64,000 nucleotides of DNA from an uncultured Gammaproteobacteria bacterium (GTDB lineage Bacteria; Patescibacteriota; Microgenomatia; UBA12405; CAZGPK01): NCBI GenBank assembly GCA_964527115.1, contig CAZGPK010000002.1, positions 20,765 to 84,764 of the forward strand, given 5' to 3'. The notes under the pieces are model-generated. The model searched no databases. It saw only the letters and a program-made list of their open reading frames with translations, and was not told the DNA's origin. The translations under genes and the position numbers were made by a program. Below are positions 49,045 through 59,400 of the stretch, in pieces. The first letter of the stretch is position 1; each line of letters begins with the position of its first letter.

Positions 49045-49752
49045 CTATTTTACCTTTTTTTTAGATTTTTGCGATGATTGTGCGGAGAAAGGGAGAGAGG
49101 GGGAAAAGGGAAGAGAAAGAAGGAGCCAGTCAAGAACAAAGGGCCAAGAGACGTTGGTAGAGAGAATTTTTTGAGCTTGGAGGAGAGCTTTAATGATTTT
49201 TCCGGATAGGCGAGGATCGGATGGGTTAATCTTGGTTTGCCAGAAAGAAAGCTCTGTCTGGATAAAATTTTTTGGGTCAAGTTTTTTGGCCTCTGTTTGA
49301 GAAAAGGCGAGTCTTTTGGAGTCATCTTGGCTCATTAAGGGAGCAAGAAGGGAGGAAGAGACTACGGGAGGGGTGGGGGCAACTTTTATAATTTGGCAGC
49401 GAGAGAGAATGGTGGGAAGAAAGAAATCTTTTTGGGAGGCAAGTAGGAAGATATAGGTACCAAGAGGAGGGTCTTCTAGGGTTTTAAGGAGAGCATTTTG
49501 GGCCGGAGGGCGAAGCAGGTGGGCTTGGTGGATAATGACCAGGCGGGGCTGGTTTTGAAAACTTTTTTGGCTTAGGAAAGATTTTATTTGTCTTGTTTTG
49601 GCAATGTTTAAATCTTTTTCTTCTTCGAGTTTAAAAACATTAACCTGATTTTTCAAACTGCCTAGATTTTCTCGAGTGATAATTTTTTGGAGAGTTTTTT
49701 CTTGAATGGCTTTTTCTGGGTGGAGAATGAGGATTGAGCGGGAAGCTAGCAT
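49045..49752 (-). CDS. holB: DNA polymerase III delta' subunit-like
   Basis: AQNALLKTLEDPP, LPTILSRC. Confidence 0.85.
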   Translation of the reverse strand: MLASRSILILHPEKAIQEKTLQKIITRENLGSLKNQVNVFKLEEEKDLNIAKTRQIKSFLSQKSFQNQPRLVIIHQAHLLRPPAQNALLKTLEDPPLGTYIFLLASQKDFFLPTILSRCQIIKVAPTPPVVSSSLLAPLMSQDDSKRLAFSQTEAKKLDPKNFIQTELSFWQTKINPSDPRLSGKIIKALLQAQKILSTNVSWPFVLDWLLLSLPFSPSLPFSAQSSQKSKKKVK

Positions 49753-49798
49753 TTGATCTATTTTACAGTAGGCCTGGTTTTTTGTACCATGAAGAGAG

Positions 49799-51565
49799 AT
49801 GGATAAGCCTGCCCCTAAGACAACTGAGAATCGGGATAAGAGAGCGGGGAAAGGTGCTTCTTTGGTAGATGTGCTGGTGGAAAATGGAGTTTTGACTCAA
49901 GAGCAGGCGGGAAAAGTACGATTGGAAATAATTAAAACCGGAGAAGAGGAGAAGGCAATTTTGAGAAGGTTAAGACTGGCAGACGAGAGTAGTTTAAACC
50001 AGGCTTGGGCAAAAGTGTTGAGGGTTCCCTTTGTCGATTTGGACAAAGAAGGATTTTCCCCCCAGGCTTTGACTTTTGTGCCACGAAGTGTGGCGGAGCG
50101 TTATACGTTACTCCCCTACTCTTTTGAGGCTCGGGATAAAACTTTGGGATTAGCGATGGCCAATCCGCTGGACCTGGAAACGGTGGAATTTTTGGAAAAG
50201 AAGACGGGGCTGAAGATAAAAGTGGCCTTGGCTTTGGAAAAACAGATTAAGGATAGCATTAAAGTTCGTTATGAGCAGGAATTGACTAGTCAGGTAACCG
50301 AGGCTTTAAAGGATACGGAGAAGAAAACTCAGGTAGTGGTGGGGAAAGATATTGGAAGGTCAATTAAAGAGGCGCCAATTGCCAAAATAGTGATGACAAT
50401 TTTGGAGTTTGCAATGAAATCACGGGCATCGGATGTGCATATCGAGCCGCAGGAGAGAAGTACACGGGTGCGTTATCGGATTGACGGTATTATGGTGGAG
50501 AAGCTTTTGTTACCCAAAAATGTGCACGATGCGGTGGTGAGTCGGATAAAGATTTTGTCGGACATGAAGATTGATGAGAAAAGAGTGCCACAGGACGGGC
50601 GTTTTTCTTTTTCGGCTGATGGGGAAAGTGTTGATTTGCGGGTTTCTACCGCACCTTCAATTCATGGAGAGAAGGTAGTGATGCGTCTTTTGAAAAAGGG
50701 TCAGGAAGCAGTGGAATTGGTTGATTTGGGACTCAGAGGACGGGCTTTGCGAAATTTGCGGGAGGCAGTAGATCGGCCGCACGGAATTGTGTTGGTTTGT
50801 GGGCCAACAGGATCGGGTAAAACAACGACTCTTTACTCTCTTTTGAGTAAACTGTCGACGATACGGGTTAATGTGATGACAGTGGAGGACCCGGTAGAAT
50901 ACGAGATTTTGGGGGTAACCCAGGTTCAGGTAAATGTACAGGCAGGACTGACCTTTGCTTCGGCTCTGCGGTCTTTTTTACGGCAAGACCCGGATATTAT
51001 TATGGTCGGGGAAATCCGCGATCAGGAGACGGCTGATTTGGCCATTAATGCTTCTTTAACCGGACATTTGGTTTTTTCTACGCTTCATACTAATGATGCT
51101 GCTGGAGCTCCGCCGCGTCTTATTGATATGGGGGCGGAGCCTTTTTTGCTGGTGAGTTCTTTGACCTGCGTGGCGGCCCAGCGGGTGCTTCGCAAGGTTT
51201 GCAGTCATTGTTCTCAGGAAATAGAAATAGCAGCGGAAATATTAACGGATATGAAAGAAGTTTTGGGGCCAATTTACGGGATGGTTTCCCAGAAATGGGA
51301 AAAGGAAGGGAAGCAGATGAAAATAAAGAAGCCAGTGGGGTGCGAGAAATGTGGAGAGACGGGATATATGGGGAGAATTGGTATTTTTGAGGTAATGCCG
51401 GTGAGTGAAAAGATAAGCCAGGCAATTATTAGCAAGGCGGCGGCGTCAGAGTTGCAAAAGTTGGCAATTGAGGAGGGAATGATGACAATGAAACAGGATG
51501 GTTATGTTAAAGTTTTAGAAGGGGTGACCACAATTGAAGAGGTATTGCGAGTGGCCCAATATTAA
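49799..51565 (+). CDS. pilB: Type IV pilus assembly ATPase PilB/GspE
   Basis: ASDVHIEP, PQDGR, GPTGSGKTTTLY, LRQDPD, tetracysteine motif. Confidence 0.95.
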   Translation: MDKPAPKTTENRDKRAGKGASLVDVLVENGVLTQEQAGKVRLEIIKTGEEEKAILRRLRLADESSLNQAWAKVLRVPFVDLDKEGFSPQALTFVPRSVAERYTLLPYSFEARDKTLGLAMANPLDLETVEFLEKKTGLKIKVALALEKQIKDSIKVRYEQELTSQVTEALKDTEKKTQVVVGKDIGRSIKEAPIAKIVMTILEFAMKSRASDVHIEPQERSTRVRYRIDGIMVEKLLLPKNVHDAVVSRIKILSDMKIDEKRVPQDGRFSFSADGESVDLRVSTAPSIHGEKVVMRLLKKGQEAVELVDLGLRGRALRNLREAVDRPHGIVLVCGPTGSGKTTTLYSLLSKLSTIRVNVMTVEDPVEYEILGVTQVQVNVQAGLTFASALRSFLRQDPDIIMVGEIRDQETADLAINASLTGHLVFSTLHTNDAAGAPPRLIDMGAEPFLLVSSLTCVAAQRVLRKVCSHCSQEIEIAAEILTDMKEVLGPIYGMVSQKWEKEGKQMKIKKPVGCEKCGETGYMGRIGIFEVMPVSEKISQAIISKAAASELQKLAIEEGMMTMKQDGYVKVLEGVTTIEEVLRVAQY

Positions 51566-51596
51566 AAATTGAAGGAGATGAAGGAGATAAAGAGAA

Positions 51597-52679
51597 ATGA
51601 ATCCAGTTGAAGCAAGAGCAGATCAGGAGTTGGCAAAGATTTTGGATTTGGCGGTTACGGCCAGAGCTTCGGATATTCATTTGGCGGCAGGTAGTGAACC
51701 TTGGATTAGGGTGAATGAAAAGTTGCAGGTTTTGGCGGCAATTAGTGTTTTAAGTCAAGAAAAAATTCTTGGTTGGATGAAGGTTTTATTGGATAAGCGC
51801 TGGGAGTTGTTAACGGAAAGACAGGAGTTTGATTTTTCTTTTTCCTGGAAAGAGGTGCGGTTGCGGGTAAATATTTACTGGCAAATGGGAGAGGTAGCAG
51901 TGGCGATGCGGCTTATCCCAATTCAGGTTCCTCCGCTTAGTGCTTTGGGTTTGCCTCCTATTTTGGAGCAGTTTTGTGCTCTTAAGCAGGGCTTGGTTCT
52001 TTTAACCGGGCCGACTGGTCATGGTAAGTCGACAACGGCGGCGGCAATGCTGGATTTTATTAACAAAAATGAGGCTCGGCATATAGTGACAGTGGAAGAC
52101 CCAGTGGAGTATGTGATTACTCCTAAAAAATCAATTGTTTCCCAAAGGGAGTTTTTGACCGATACGAAAAATTGGAATGCGGCTTTAAGGGCGGTTTTGC
52201 GTCAAGATCCGGATGTGGTGTTTGTGGGAGAGATGAGGGATTTGGAGACGATATCGGCAACTTTGACTATTGCCGAAACTGGACACTTGGTTTTTTCGAC
52301 ATTGCACACTAATTCAGCGGCCCAGACGATAGATAGAATAGTGGACGTTTTTCCCAAAGGAAGCAGGGATCAAATTGCGATGCAGTTGGCCGGGAGTTTG
52401 ACGGCGGTAATTTCACAGCGGCTTTTGCCCAATACCTCAAGGGGAATGATTCCGGCCTTTGAAATATTGGTGGCAACAAGTGCGGTGAGAACGGCAGTAA
52501 GAGAGGGAAAAACTCACATGATTGATAATATTATTCAAACTAGTGCTGAAGTGGGAATGATGGGACTGGAAAAAGGTTTAGCGGCCCTGGTTCGGTCAGG
52601 GGCGGTTAAGGAAGAGATAGCACTGACTTATTCACTTAAACCAGAGGAGTTTAGGCGTCAATTGAGATCGGGAGTTTAA
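51597..52679 (+). CDS. pilT: Pilus retraction ATPase PilT
   Basis: GPTGHGKSTT, EDPVEY, AETGHLVFSTLHTN, AVRTAVRE (AIRNLIRE-like). Confidence 0.93.
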   Translation: MNPVEARADQELAKILDLAVTARASDIHLAAGSEPWIRVNEKLQVLAAISVLSQEKILGWMKVLLDKRWELLTERQEFDFSFSWKEVRLRVNIYWQMGEVAVAMRLIPIQVPPLSALGLPPILEQFCALKQGLVLLTGPTGHGKSTTAAAMLDFINKNEARHIVTVEDPVEYVITPKKSIVSQREFLTDTKNWNAALRAVLRQDPDVVFVGEMRDLETISATLTIAETGHLVFSTLHTNSAAQTIDRIVDVFPKGSRDQIAMQLAGSLTAVISQRLLPNTSRGMIPAFEILVATSAVRTAVREGKTHMIDNIIQTSAEVGMMGLEKGLAALVRSGAVKEEIALTYSLKPEEFRRQLRSGV

Positions 52680-52685
52680 AAAGTT

Positions 52686-53897
52686 ATGAAGAAATTTTTG
52701 TTTAAGGCGCGTGATTGGCAAGGGAAGCAGATAGAGAGTGAGGTGGAAGCGGGAGATATAGCGGCGGCGAGGCGCTTGATTTCCCAACAGAGTTTGGTTT
52801 TAACTAGAATAATAGAGAAAAAAGAGTCGGAGTTGGGGCGGATAGTAGCTCGGGTTTTGGGTCGAGTGAGTTTAAAGCAGGTGGTGAATTTTACCAGGCA
52901 ATTGGCAACAATGATGGTGTCGGGATTGCCGCTGACTGATTCCTTGGCTCTTTTAAAAGATCAGGCTAAGGCGGGAACAATGATGCATATCATTGTGGAT
53001 GATGCGCTTGAGCAGGTGCAGGGAGGGCAGCCTTTGGCAAGCGCTTTGGCTCGGCACGAAAAGACTTTTGGTGAGGCTTATGTAGCCACTATTCGGGCCG
53101 GGGAGAAGGGAGGGGTGATGGAGGAAGTGCTGCTGAAGCTTGCGGATAACATGGAAGATAAACAGGAGTTTGCCGGCAAGCTTAAGGGGGCGATGATTTA
53201 TCCGATAATTGTGTTGGTGGGGATGGTGGGGGTAATGCTGGTAATGATTATGGTGGTTATCCCTAAGCTTACCCAAATGTATGCTGATTTTGGAGGGGAG
53301 ATGCCACTGCCTACCCGAATTTTGATGGGGATTTCAACAATTATGTTAAAACTTTGGTTTTTACTGCCCCTTCTTCCGTTGGGTGGCTATTTCGGGTTGA
53401 GAGCAGCCAAGAAGATGCCGGGGTTTGAGCTTCGATGGGATCGGTTTAAATTTCGACTGCCGATTATGGGAAAGCTTAGAGAGAAGACGATCTTAGCGGA
53501 GGCGCATCGAACTTTGTCGATGTTGTTGACGGCAGGGGTGAGTCTTATCGAGTCTTTACGGGTAGTGGGCCAGGCGACAGGTAGTGCGCATTTTGAGGAG
53601 GCTTTTTTGAGGGTTTCGGAGAGGGTAGAGAAGGGTTTTTCTTTGGCTGATGCAATGGTAGAAACTCGGGCTTTTCCGGTAATTGTGACCCAGATGGCGG
53701 CAACCGGAGAGGAAACGGGGAAATTGGATGAGATTATGATGAAAGTATCTAACTATTTTAGTTCGGAAGCAGAGCAGGCGGTGAAAGGATTGACAAGCGC
53801 GATAGAGCCGCTTATCATGTTGGTATTAGGGTTGGGAGTTGGTTTTTTGGTAATCGCGGTGGTGATGCCAATTTATAACTTAACCAGCCAATTTTAA
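52686..53897 (+). CDS. pilC: Type IV pilus platform protein PilC/GspF
   Basis: FTRQLATM, AMIYP, GEETGKLD, IEP. Confidence 0.95.
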   Translation: MKKFLFKARDWQGKQIESEVEAGDIAAARRLISQQSLVLTRIIEKKESELGRIVARVLGRVSLKQVVNFTRQLATMMVSGLPLTDSLALLKDQAKAGTMMHIIVDDALEQVQGGQPLASALARHEKTFGEAYVATIRAGEKGGVMEEVLLKLADNMEDKQEFAGKLKGAMIYPIIVLVGMVGVMLVMIMVVIPKLTQMYADFGGEMPLPTRILMGISTIMLKLWFLLPLLPLGGYFGLRAAKKMPGFELRWDRFKFRLPIMGKLREKTILAEAHRTLSMLLTAGVSLIESLRVVGQATGSAHFEEAFLRVSERVEKGFSLADAMVETRAFPVIVTQMAATGEETGKLDEIMMKVSNYFSSEAEQAVKGLTSAIEPLIMLVLGLGVGFLVIAVVMPIYNLTSQF

Positions 53898-53916
53898 AAG
53901 ATTAAAAAATAAAACC

Positions 53917-54609
53917 ATGAAAAGAATGTACAAGACGGGTTTCACCTTAGTTGAGCTTTTGATTGTTATTGCCCTGATCGCCATTCTTTCAGTGGCAGTT
54001 TTGGCGACTATTAACCCAATTGAGCAGGCGAATAAGGCAAGGGATGCCAGAGTACAAAATGATGCGGCAGAGGTAATGAATGCTTATGAGAGGTATTACA
54101 CTACGGATCAGGAGTATCCATGGATGCAGTTTACGGAAGCTACTGCAATTACAGTAGACGATCCTGTTTTTTATAGATCTGACATGGCAGGATTTGGGAT
54201 TTGTTATGCGGCGACAAGTGGTGCGTCAACGGCTGATGGTACCTGTAACACCAGCGGAACGGATTTGGGATTATTGATTGCTTCAGATGAGTTGAAAACG
54301 TCGTTTGCTGGGAAAGATGAGTTTACTACGCCTGGGGATAACAACGAGAATGCGCTGTATACTTTTAAGCAATCTGGTTCTGGTGGCGGTGTTTACGTTT
54401 GTTATGTACCAAAGGCTAAGTCAAACAGAAGGCAGGCCGATAAGCTTTACTGTATTAGCTCCGGTTTTGGGCTAGATGCTGCTGGCACCTTGGTTAAGGC
54501 ATCTGCAAGTGGAGCGGATACCTGTGTTGCTTTGGATGAGACTTCTGCTGACTGGTCTACTCCAACGTTTACAGGGACGAGTGGAATGTTCTTGTGTGTG
54601 CCGGAGTAA
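53917..54609 (+). CDS. Type IV pilin, probable major pilin
   Basis: GFTLVELLIVIALIAIL; follows pilC; has its own strong terminator. Confidence 0.9.
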   Translation: MKRMYKTGFTLVELLIVIALIAILSVAVLATINPIEQANKARDARVQNDAAEVMNAYERYYTTDQEYPWMQFTEATAITVDDPVFYRSDMAGFGICYAATSGASTADGTCNTSGTDLGLLIASDELKTSFAGKDEFTTPGDNNENALYTFKQSGSGGGVYVCYVPKAKSNRRQADKLYCISSGFGLDAAGTLVKASASGADTCVALDETSADWSTPTFTGTSGMFLCVPE

Positions 54610-54630
54610 AAGTTTCTTTACTTGAATCTT

Positions 54631-54660
54631 AAGCCCCGCTTTTGGCGGGGCTTTTTGTTT
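54631..54660 (+). terminator. Intrinsic terminator after pilin
   Basis: AAGCCCCGC-TTTTG-GCGGGGCTT-TTTGTTT. Confidence 0.9.
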
Positions 54661-54686
54661 CTTTTGATTTTCCAGTATCATGGGAT

Positions 54687-55433
54687 ATGGAAGAGATTGT
54701 TTTTATTTTAGGATGGGTGTTTTTGGGTTTGGCTTGGGGTAGTTTTGCCAATGTTTTGCAGGCTGGGGGTGGGAGAAAAAAGCTTTTGGGGAGAAGTGTT
54801 TGTGATGGTTGTGGAAAAAGGCTTAATTGGTGGGAGAATGTGCCGGTTTTGTCTTGGGCTTTTTTGAGAGGGAAAAGTCTTTGTTGTCAGAGTCCCCTGC
54901 CCTGGCAGTATCCTTTGGTAGAGCTTTTATCAGGGCTCTCTTTTGGGGTTTGGAGCAGTAAGTTTGGTGGTTTTACCGGAGTTGATTTTTGGAGTTTGCT
55001 GGTGGTGGGAATTTTGGTTTTGGTGTTGGCTTGGGATTTGTGGCAGATGATTATCCCCGATTGGAGTTTGCTTTTTCTTTTTGGTTTGACCTTGGTCGGG
55101 TTGGGGGCGGGGTTTTTAAGGGTGGAATGGGTGGAGGCATTGGGGGCAGGACTGGGGGCTTTGGGATTTTTCTTGGGTTTGTGGTTTTTAACACGAGGAA
55201 AAGGAATGGGGATGGGAGATGTAAAAATGGCTGGAGTGATGGGTATTTTTTTGGGGTTTGAAGGAGTGGCCTGGGCTTTATGGCTTGCTTTTGTGAGTGG
55301 AGCTTTATTGGGACTTTTTTTAATGGTTCTTGGCCGGGCCGGAAGAAAGACAGCTTTGCCGTTTGGCCCTTTTTTAATTTTTGGTTGGCTCTTGGCTTGG
55401 CTTGGGCCAAGGGTTTATACTTTTTGGAGATGA
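54687..55433 (+). CDS. pilD: Prepilin peptidase
   Basis: GSFANV, RSVCDGC, ENVPVLS, GMGMGDVK, PFGPF; ATG 54687 preferred. Confidence 0.93.
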   Translation: MEEIVFILGWVFLGLAWGSFANVLQAGGGRKKLLGRSVCDGCGKRLNWWENVPVLSWAFLRGKSLCCQSPLPWQYPLVELLSGLSFGVWSSKFGGFTGVDFWSLLVVGILVLVLAWDLWQMIIPDWSLLFLFGLTLVGLGAGFLRVEWVEALGAGLGALGFFLGLWFLTRGKGMGMGDVKMAGVMGIFLGFEGVAWALWLAFVSGALLGLFLMVLGRAGRKTALPFGPFLIFGWLLAWLGPRVYTFWR

Positions 55434-56071
55434 AGAAGAGACAAAAGGGAGTTTCTTACATTGAAGTTTTGTTGGCGATGACAATTTTGGGAATTTTGGC
55501 CTTTATGGCAATGGGAGGGATTAATTTTTTGAAAAATATTTTTAAGGCTGATGATGCTCGGCGAAAGAACGATTTAGTGCTTTTGAAGGTAGCAATGGAG
55601 GGATATTTTGATGATCGAGGTTGTTATCCTGGATTGGCGATGGCGGCACAAATGAATCAGGAGGCGGCTTGTGGAGGTGAGATATTAAGTCCATATATGC
55701 CCCGTTTTCTTTGCGAAAAAGGGAAGACTCCGTATTTTTTGGAAGTGGAGGATAGCCTTTGTCCGAAATGGTTTCGTTTTATGGTGAATTTGGATAATGT
55801 AAATGATCCGGTTTTAGAAGAAGGTGGTTGTGGGGCGGATGGTTGTCCACTGAGAGTTAAGGTGCCTGAGGGGACGGAGGTGATAAGTCCCAATTATGGA
55901 GTGTCTTCGGACAATATTTCTTGGACAGAGATTGGCAATATTTGTGGGGTAACCTGTGCGTATTTCAATCCCGAGAGCCGCACTTGTGACCACGTTACTC
56001 ACTGTGTGACGGGATGTTATAGTGATTACGGCTGTACACCTGGTTGCGAGGTGAGCAGTTGTACCGACTAG
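55430..56071 (+). CDS. Minor pilin with Cys-rich C-terminus
   Basis: MKKRQKGVSYIEVLL; ATGA overlap with pilD stop. Confidence 0.85.
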   Translation: MKKRQKGVSYIEVLLAMTILGILAFMAMGGINFLKNIFKADDARRKNDLVLLKVAMEGYFDDRGCYPGLAMAAQMNQEAACGGEILSPYMPRFLCEKGKTPYFLEVEDSLCPKWFRFMVNLDNVNDPVLEEGGCGADGCPLRVKVPEGTEVISPNYGVSSDNISWTEIGNICGVTCAYFNPESRTCDHVTHCVTGCYSDYGCTPGCEVSSCTD

Positions 56072-56092
56072 TATGTTATGCTTTTAGAATAA

Positions 56093-56575
56093 ATGTTTTT
56101 TAAGAGAATTTGGCAAGAGTTGAGGAGAAAGGGGGCCTTTACGCTGGTAGAGCTTTTGTTGGTGATTGCAATTTTGGGAATTTTAGCGGCAATTTCAGCT
56201 GGTCAGTTTGTTAATGCTCAGAGAAAAGCCAGAGATGCCCAGAGAAAAACAGATTTGGGGAGTGTGCAGAGGGCGCTGGAGATGTATTTTGCTGATTATA
56301 GTGCTTTCCCGGCAGAGGAAGATATTGGTGGAATTTGGGGAGGAGAATTTAGTGATGGACAGACGATTTACATGAAAGTTTTGCCGGTAGCTCCTGGGGC
56401 TTTTCCCTACTGTTACGTGGTTTCAGGAGATGGAATGGCTTATGGCCTTTTTGCCGTTTTAGAGAATTGCCCCGATGGGGTGAGCTATGCTGTTAATACT
56501 TGCTCGTCTACCACCCAGTATTGTTGGGCAGTAACCAGTCCTAACACTAATGCCGATGAGGCTAAAAGCTTTTAA
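56093..56575 (+). CDS. GspG-like pilin
   Basis: GAFTLVELL; ARDAQRKTDL. Confidence 0.9.
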   Translation: MFFKRIWQELRRKGAFTLVELLLVIAILGILAAISAGQFVNAQRKARDAQRKTDLGSVQRALEMYFADYSAFPAEEDIGGIWGGEFSDGQTIYMKVLPVAPGAFPYCYVVSGDGMAYGLFAVLENCPDGVSYAVNTCSSTTQYCWAVTSPNTNADEAKSF

Positions 56576-56577
56576 AA

Positions 56578-57009
56578 ATGAAAATCAAAATGAAAAACAG
56601 CAGACAGGGTTTTAGTTTAATTGAGCTTTTGGTGGTGATTTTTATTATTGGAGTTTTGGCGGGAGTAGTTTTTCCAAACTTTATGGGAGCACGGGAGAGG
56701 GCACGGGATGCCAGGCGAAAGCAGGATTTAGAGTCGGTTAAAAATGCTTTGAGGATTTATTACAACGACAATCAGGCCTACCCTACTCCCGGGGTGGGAG
56801 GGGCGCTTAATTTATCTACCAGCTATATTGGTCAGATGCCAAGCGACCCTTTGGGAACAAGTTATGCTTATAGCTCCACTAGCCCTTATGATAGGTTTAT
56901 GTTGTCGGCCAGACTGGAGAATGGATCGGATCAGGATATTGGTACGTCTCAGGCCCGTTGCGGGTACCCAGTGCCGACGCCGAGTGTATTTATGATTTGT
57001 GGAAATTAA
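56578..57009 (+). CDS. GspG-like pilin
   Basis: GFSLIELL; ARDARRKQDL; PSDP. Confidence 0.9.
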   Translation: MKIKMKNSRQGFSLIELLVVIFIIGVLAGVVFPNFMGARERARDARRKQDLESVKNALRIYYNDNQAYPTPGVGGALNLSTSYIGQMPSDPLGTSYAYSSTSPYDRFMLSARLENGSDQDIGTSQARCGYPVPTPSVFMICGN

Positions 57010-57028
57010 TTTTTAAAAATTAGAAAAG

Positions 57029-57469
57029 ATGACAAAAAATAATTTTAAAAGAGGTTTTACTTTGTTTGAACTTTTGGTATCTATTTCTATTATTGGTATT
57101 TTGATGGCAGTTTCCACTGTGGCTTTTAGCAATGCCCAGAGGAAAAGCCGGGACGCCAGGCGGCGAGAAGATATGCAGGCGATACAGAAGGCTTTTGAGC
57201 AGCACTATGCGGATAGTGGTTATGTTTATGACGGTGTTTCCGCAAATTGTGCCACAATATTGGCAGATACCAGTGTTTTGCCAGCCGGGGCACCAATAGA
57301 CCCCAAAAATTCAGGTAGTTATATTTATAGTTTTACCGGGTCTTGTGACATAGTAAATAACACTTATTGTGTTTGTGCCCTTTTAGAGCAGGCAGGGACG
57401 GGTAATTCCGGAGCAAGTTGCGCTTGGGCTACTGGGGGTAATTATTACTGTGTACAAAGCGTGCAATGA
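57029..57469 (+). CDS. GspG-like pilin
   Basis: GFTLFELL; SRDARRREDM; PIDP. Confidence 0.9.
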   Translation: MTKNNFKRGFTLFELLVSISIIGILMAVSTVAFSNAQRKSRDARRREDMQAIQKAFEQHYADSGYVYDGVSANCATILADTSVLPAGAPIDPKNSGSYIYSFTGSCDIVNNTYCVCALLEQAGTGNSGASCAWATGGNYYCVQSVQ

Positions 57470-57876
57470 AGAGAAAAACTTTGGGATTTAGTTTAATTGA
57501 GCTTTTGGTGGCGGTGACGATCATGATTGTTATTTCGGCGGTAGGGACGATTAGCTATCGAAGTAGCAGTCTTTCGGCGCGGAATAACCGGAGAAGAGCT
57601 GATTTGGAGCAGGTGCGGATGGCCTTGGAGCTTTATCGGGAGGAGATAGGAGTATATCCCAATGTGACTAGTATGACACTTTTGGAAGGAGTATTGGAGA
57701 CAACTTATATAAAGGAGATGCCGGTCGATCCCAAAGATAGCTTTGTTTATGCCTATTCGTACGTTGATCCTTACAATTATACGATTTGTGCTTACCTGGA
57801 GGGAGAGGCAGCAGGCAGTTATTGCGGTAGTGCTTGTGGAGTGAGTGGGTGTAATTATCGAGTGAGTAATCCTTAA
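57466..57876 (+). CDS. GspG-like pilin
   Basis: GFSLIELL; ARNNRRRADL; PVDP. Confidence 0.9.
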   Translation: MKRKTLGFSLIELLVAVTIMIVISAVGTISYRSSSLSARNNRRRADLEQVRMALELYREEIGVYPNVTSMTLLEGVLETTYIKEMPVDPKDSFVYAYSYVDPYNYTICAYLEGEAAGSYCGSACGVSGCNYRVSNP

Positions 57877-57880
57877 AAAA

Positions 57881-58378
57881 ATGAAAAGGAATGATGGTTT
57901 CAGCTTAGTGGAGCTTTTGGTGGCAAGTCTTTTGGTGATTATTTTGACAATGGTGGGGATAGGTAACTGGCGGCGCTTTCAGGCGCGAGCAGAGCTGGGA
58001 GTGGCGGCTGATCAATTGGTGACCCAATTAAGATTAGTACGGGGGCGGGCAACGGCGGTAGAGAAGCCTGCGGGATGTGTGACCTTAAATCGGTGGAATT
58101 TGGGTTTTAATGCTGGGACGGCCCGATTGACTATGTGGGCGGATTGTTTAGATGTCGGTGGGAATTCAATTCAGACAGGGCATAAGGAGGAGGAATGGGT
58201 TTTGGGGCAAGTGACGGTGTCGCCAGCAACAGGGACGCTTTATTTTATCCCTTTAACCGGTAATCGGGTGGAGGTTACTGGAAATTTGACGGCAACTTTG
58301 TCTTCGCCAAGCTATAGCAGTGAAAGCAAGAGGGTGACGCTGAGTGATTGGGGAGATATCCAGATTGAGGTGATTTAA
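57881..58378 (+). CDS. FimT/GspH-like minor pilin
   Basis: GFSLVELL; L..QLRLVR..A. Confidence 0.85.
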   Translation: MKRNDGFSLVELLVASLLVIILTMVGIGNWRRFQARAELGVAADQLVTQLRLVRGRATAVEKPAGCVTLNRWNLGFNAGTARLTMWADCLDVGGNSIQTGHKEEEWVLGQVTVSPATGTLYFIPLTGNRVEVTGNLTATLSSPSYSSESKRVTLSDWGDIQIEVI

Positions 58379-58424
58379 TTAGCTATCCCCTACCCCAGAT
58401 GAGAAATTCTTGCTAAATTTAGGT

Positions 58425-58811
58425 GTGAGAGATTTTAAGAAAGGTACCGGATTGATAGAGTTGGTTTTTGTATTGGGCATGGTTTTGTTGTTTTTGACAG
58501 GGATTGTGACCCTTTCTCTTTCCAGTCTGGGAGTAAAAAACAAGAATACGGCTCAGGAGGAGACGACCCGAATGGCCAAGAAAGTAATGGTGGATCTGGT
58601 GGCCCTAAGAGAAACGGATAGGGCAGCCTTTTGGGCTAAGAGTGGATCGGAAGATTGTGGCGATGGGACAAATTTTCCTGATCTTTTGTGCGAGATAACT
58701 TATGTTGCCGGAAGTTGTAGCCCCAACCGCTGTGTGACAGTGGGGGTGGTAGTGACGGATGAAAATGGAGAGTTTGAAGCTAGAGTTGCTCGTTTTTTTA
58801 GTGATAAATGA
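58425..58811 (+). CDS. PilV-like minor pilin
   Basis: KKGTGLIELV; GTG 58425 lies just after TAAATT. Confidence 0.8.
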   Translation: MRDFKKGTGLIELVFVLGMVLLFLTGIVTLSLSSLGVKNKNTAQEETTRMAKKVMVDLVALRETDRAAFWAKSGSEDCGDGTNFPDLLCEITYVAGSCSPNRCVTVGVVVTDENGEFEARVARFFSDK

Positions 58812-59320
58812 AAAAAAGAGGAAAAAGAGGTTTTACGCTGGTGGAGATGCTGGTGGTGACGGTGGGGGTGGGGTTGATGGCGGTGTCGGTGGTGGGGGTT
58901 TTTCTCAATATGTCACGAGTAAATAGAAAAGTGCAGAGGATGCAGGAAGTGGAGAGTACAGCCTCTTGGATTTTGCGGTCGATGGAACAGGTAATTCAGT
59001 CGGCACGGGAGATAGAGAATGCGGATACAGTTTGTTTTGGGGAAAGGAGGGCGAATTTGACAGTGGTGGGGCGGGACGGAGGGGTGACCAATTACAGTTG
59101 CAGCAATGGTCAGATAGCTTCCGGATCGGCTGCTTTGAATAATATAAATCGTGTTAGTTTGACCAGTTGTAATTTTGTGAGCTGTGAAGGGGGGTCAGGA
59201 GCACAAGCAACGGTAGTAACCTTAAATTTTGAGTTAGTGGCCGGTGATGCTTCTTCTCCTCGGATAGAAGACCAAGCAAGAAAGAGTTTTTACCAGAGAA
59301 TTGTGTTGAGGGGGTACTAA
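58808..59320 (+). CDS. PilW-like minor pilin
   Basis: GFTLVEML; ends RIVLRGY. Confidence 0.85.
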   Translation: MKKRGKRGFTLVEMLVVTVGVGLMAVSVVGVFLNMSRVNRKVQRMQEVESTASWILRSMEQVIQSAREIENADTVCFGERRANLTVVGRDGGVTNYSCSNGQIASGSAALNNINRVSLTSCNFVSCEGGSGAQATVVTLNFELVAGDASSPRIEDQARKSFYQRIVLRGY

Positions 59321-59400
59321 GGTTAAATTACTTTTACAATAAACTTGTAATAGTACATTATGTGATATTTTTTTGGGAAAATGTTATAATATTAGACAAT

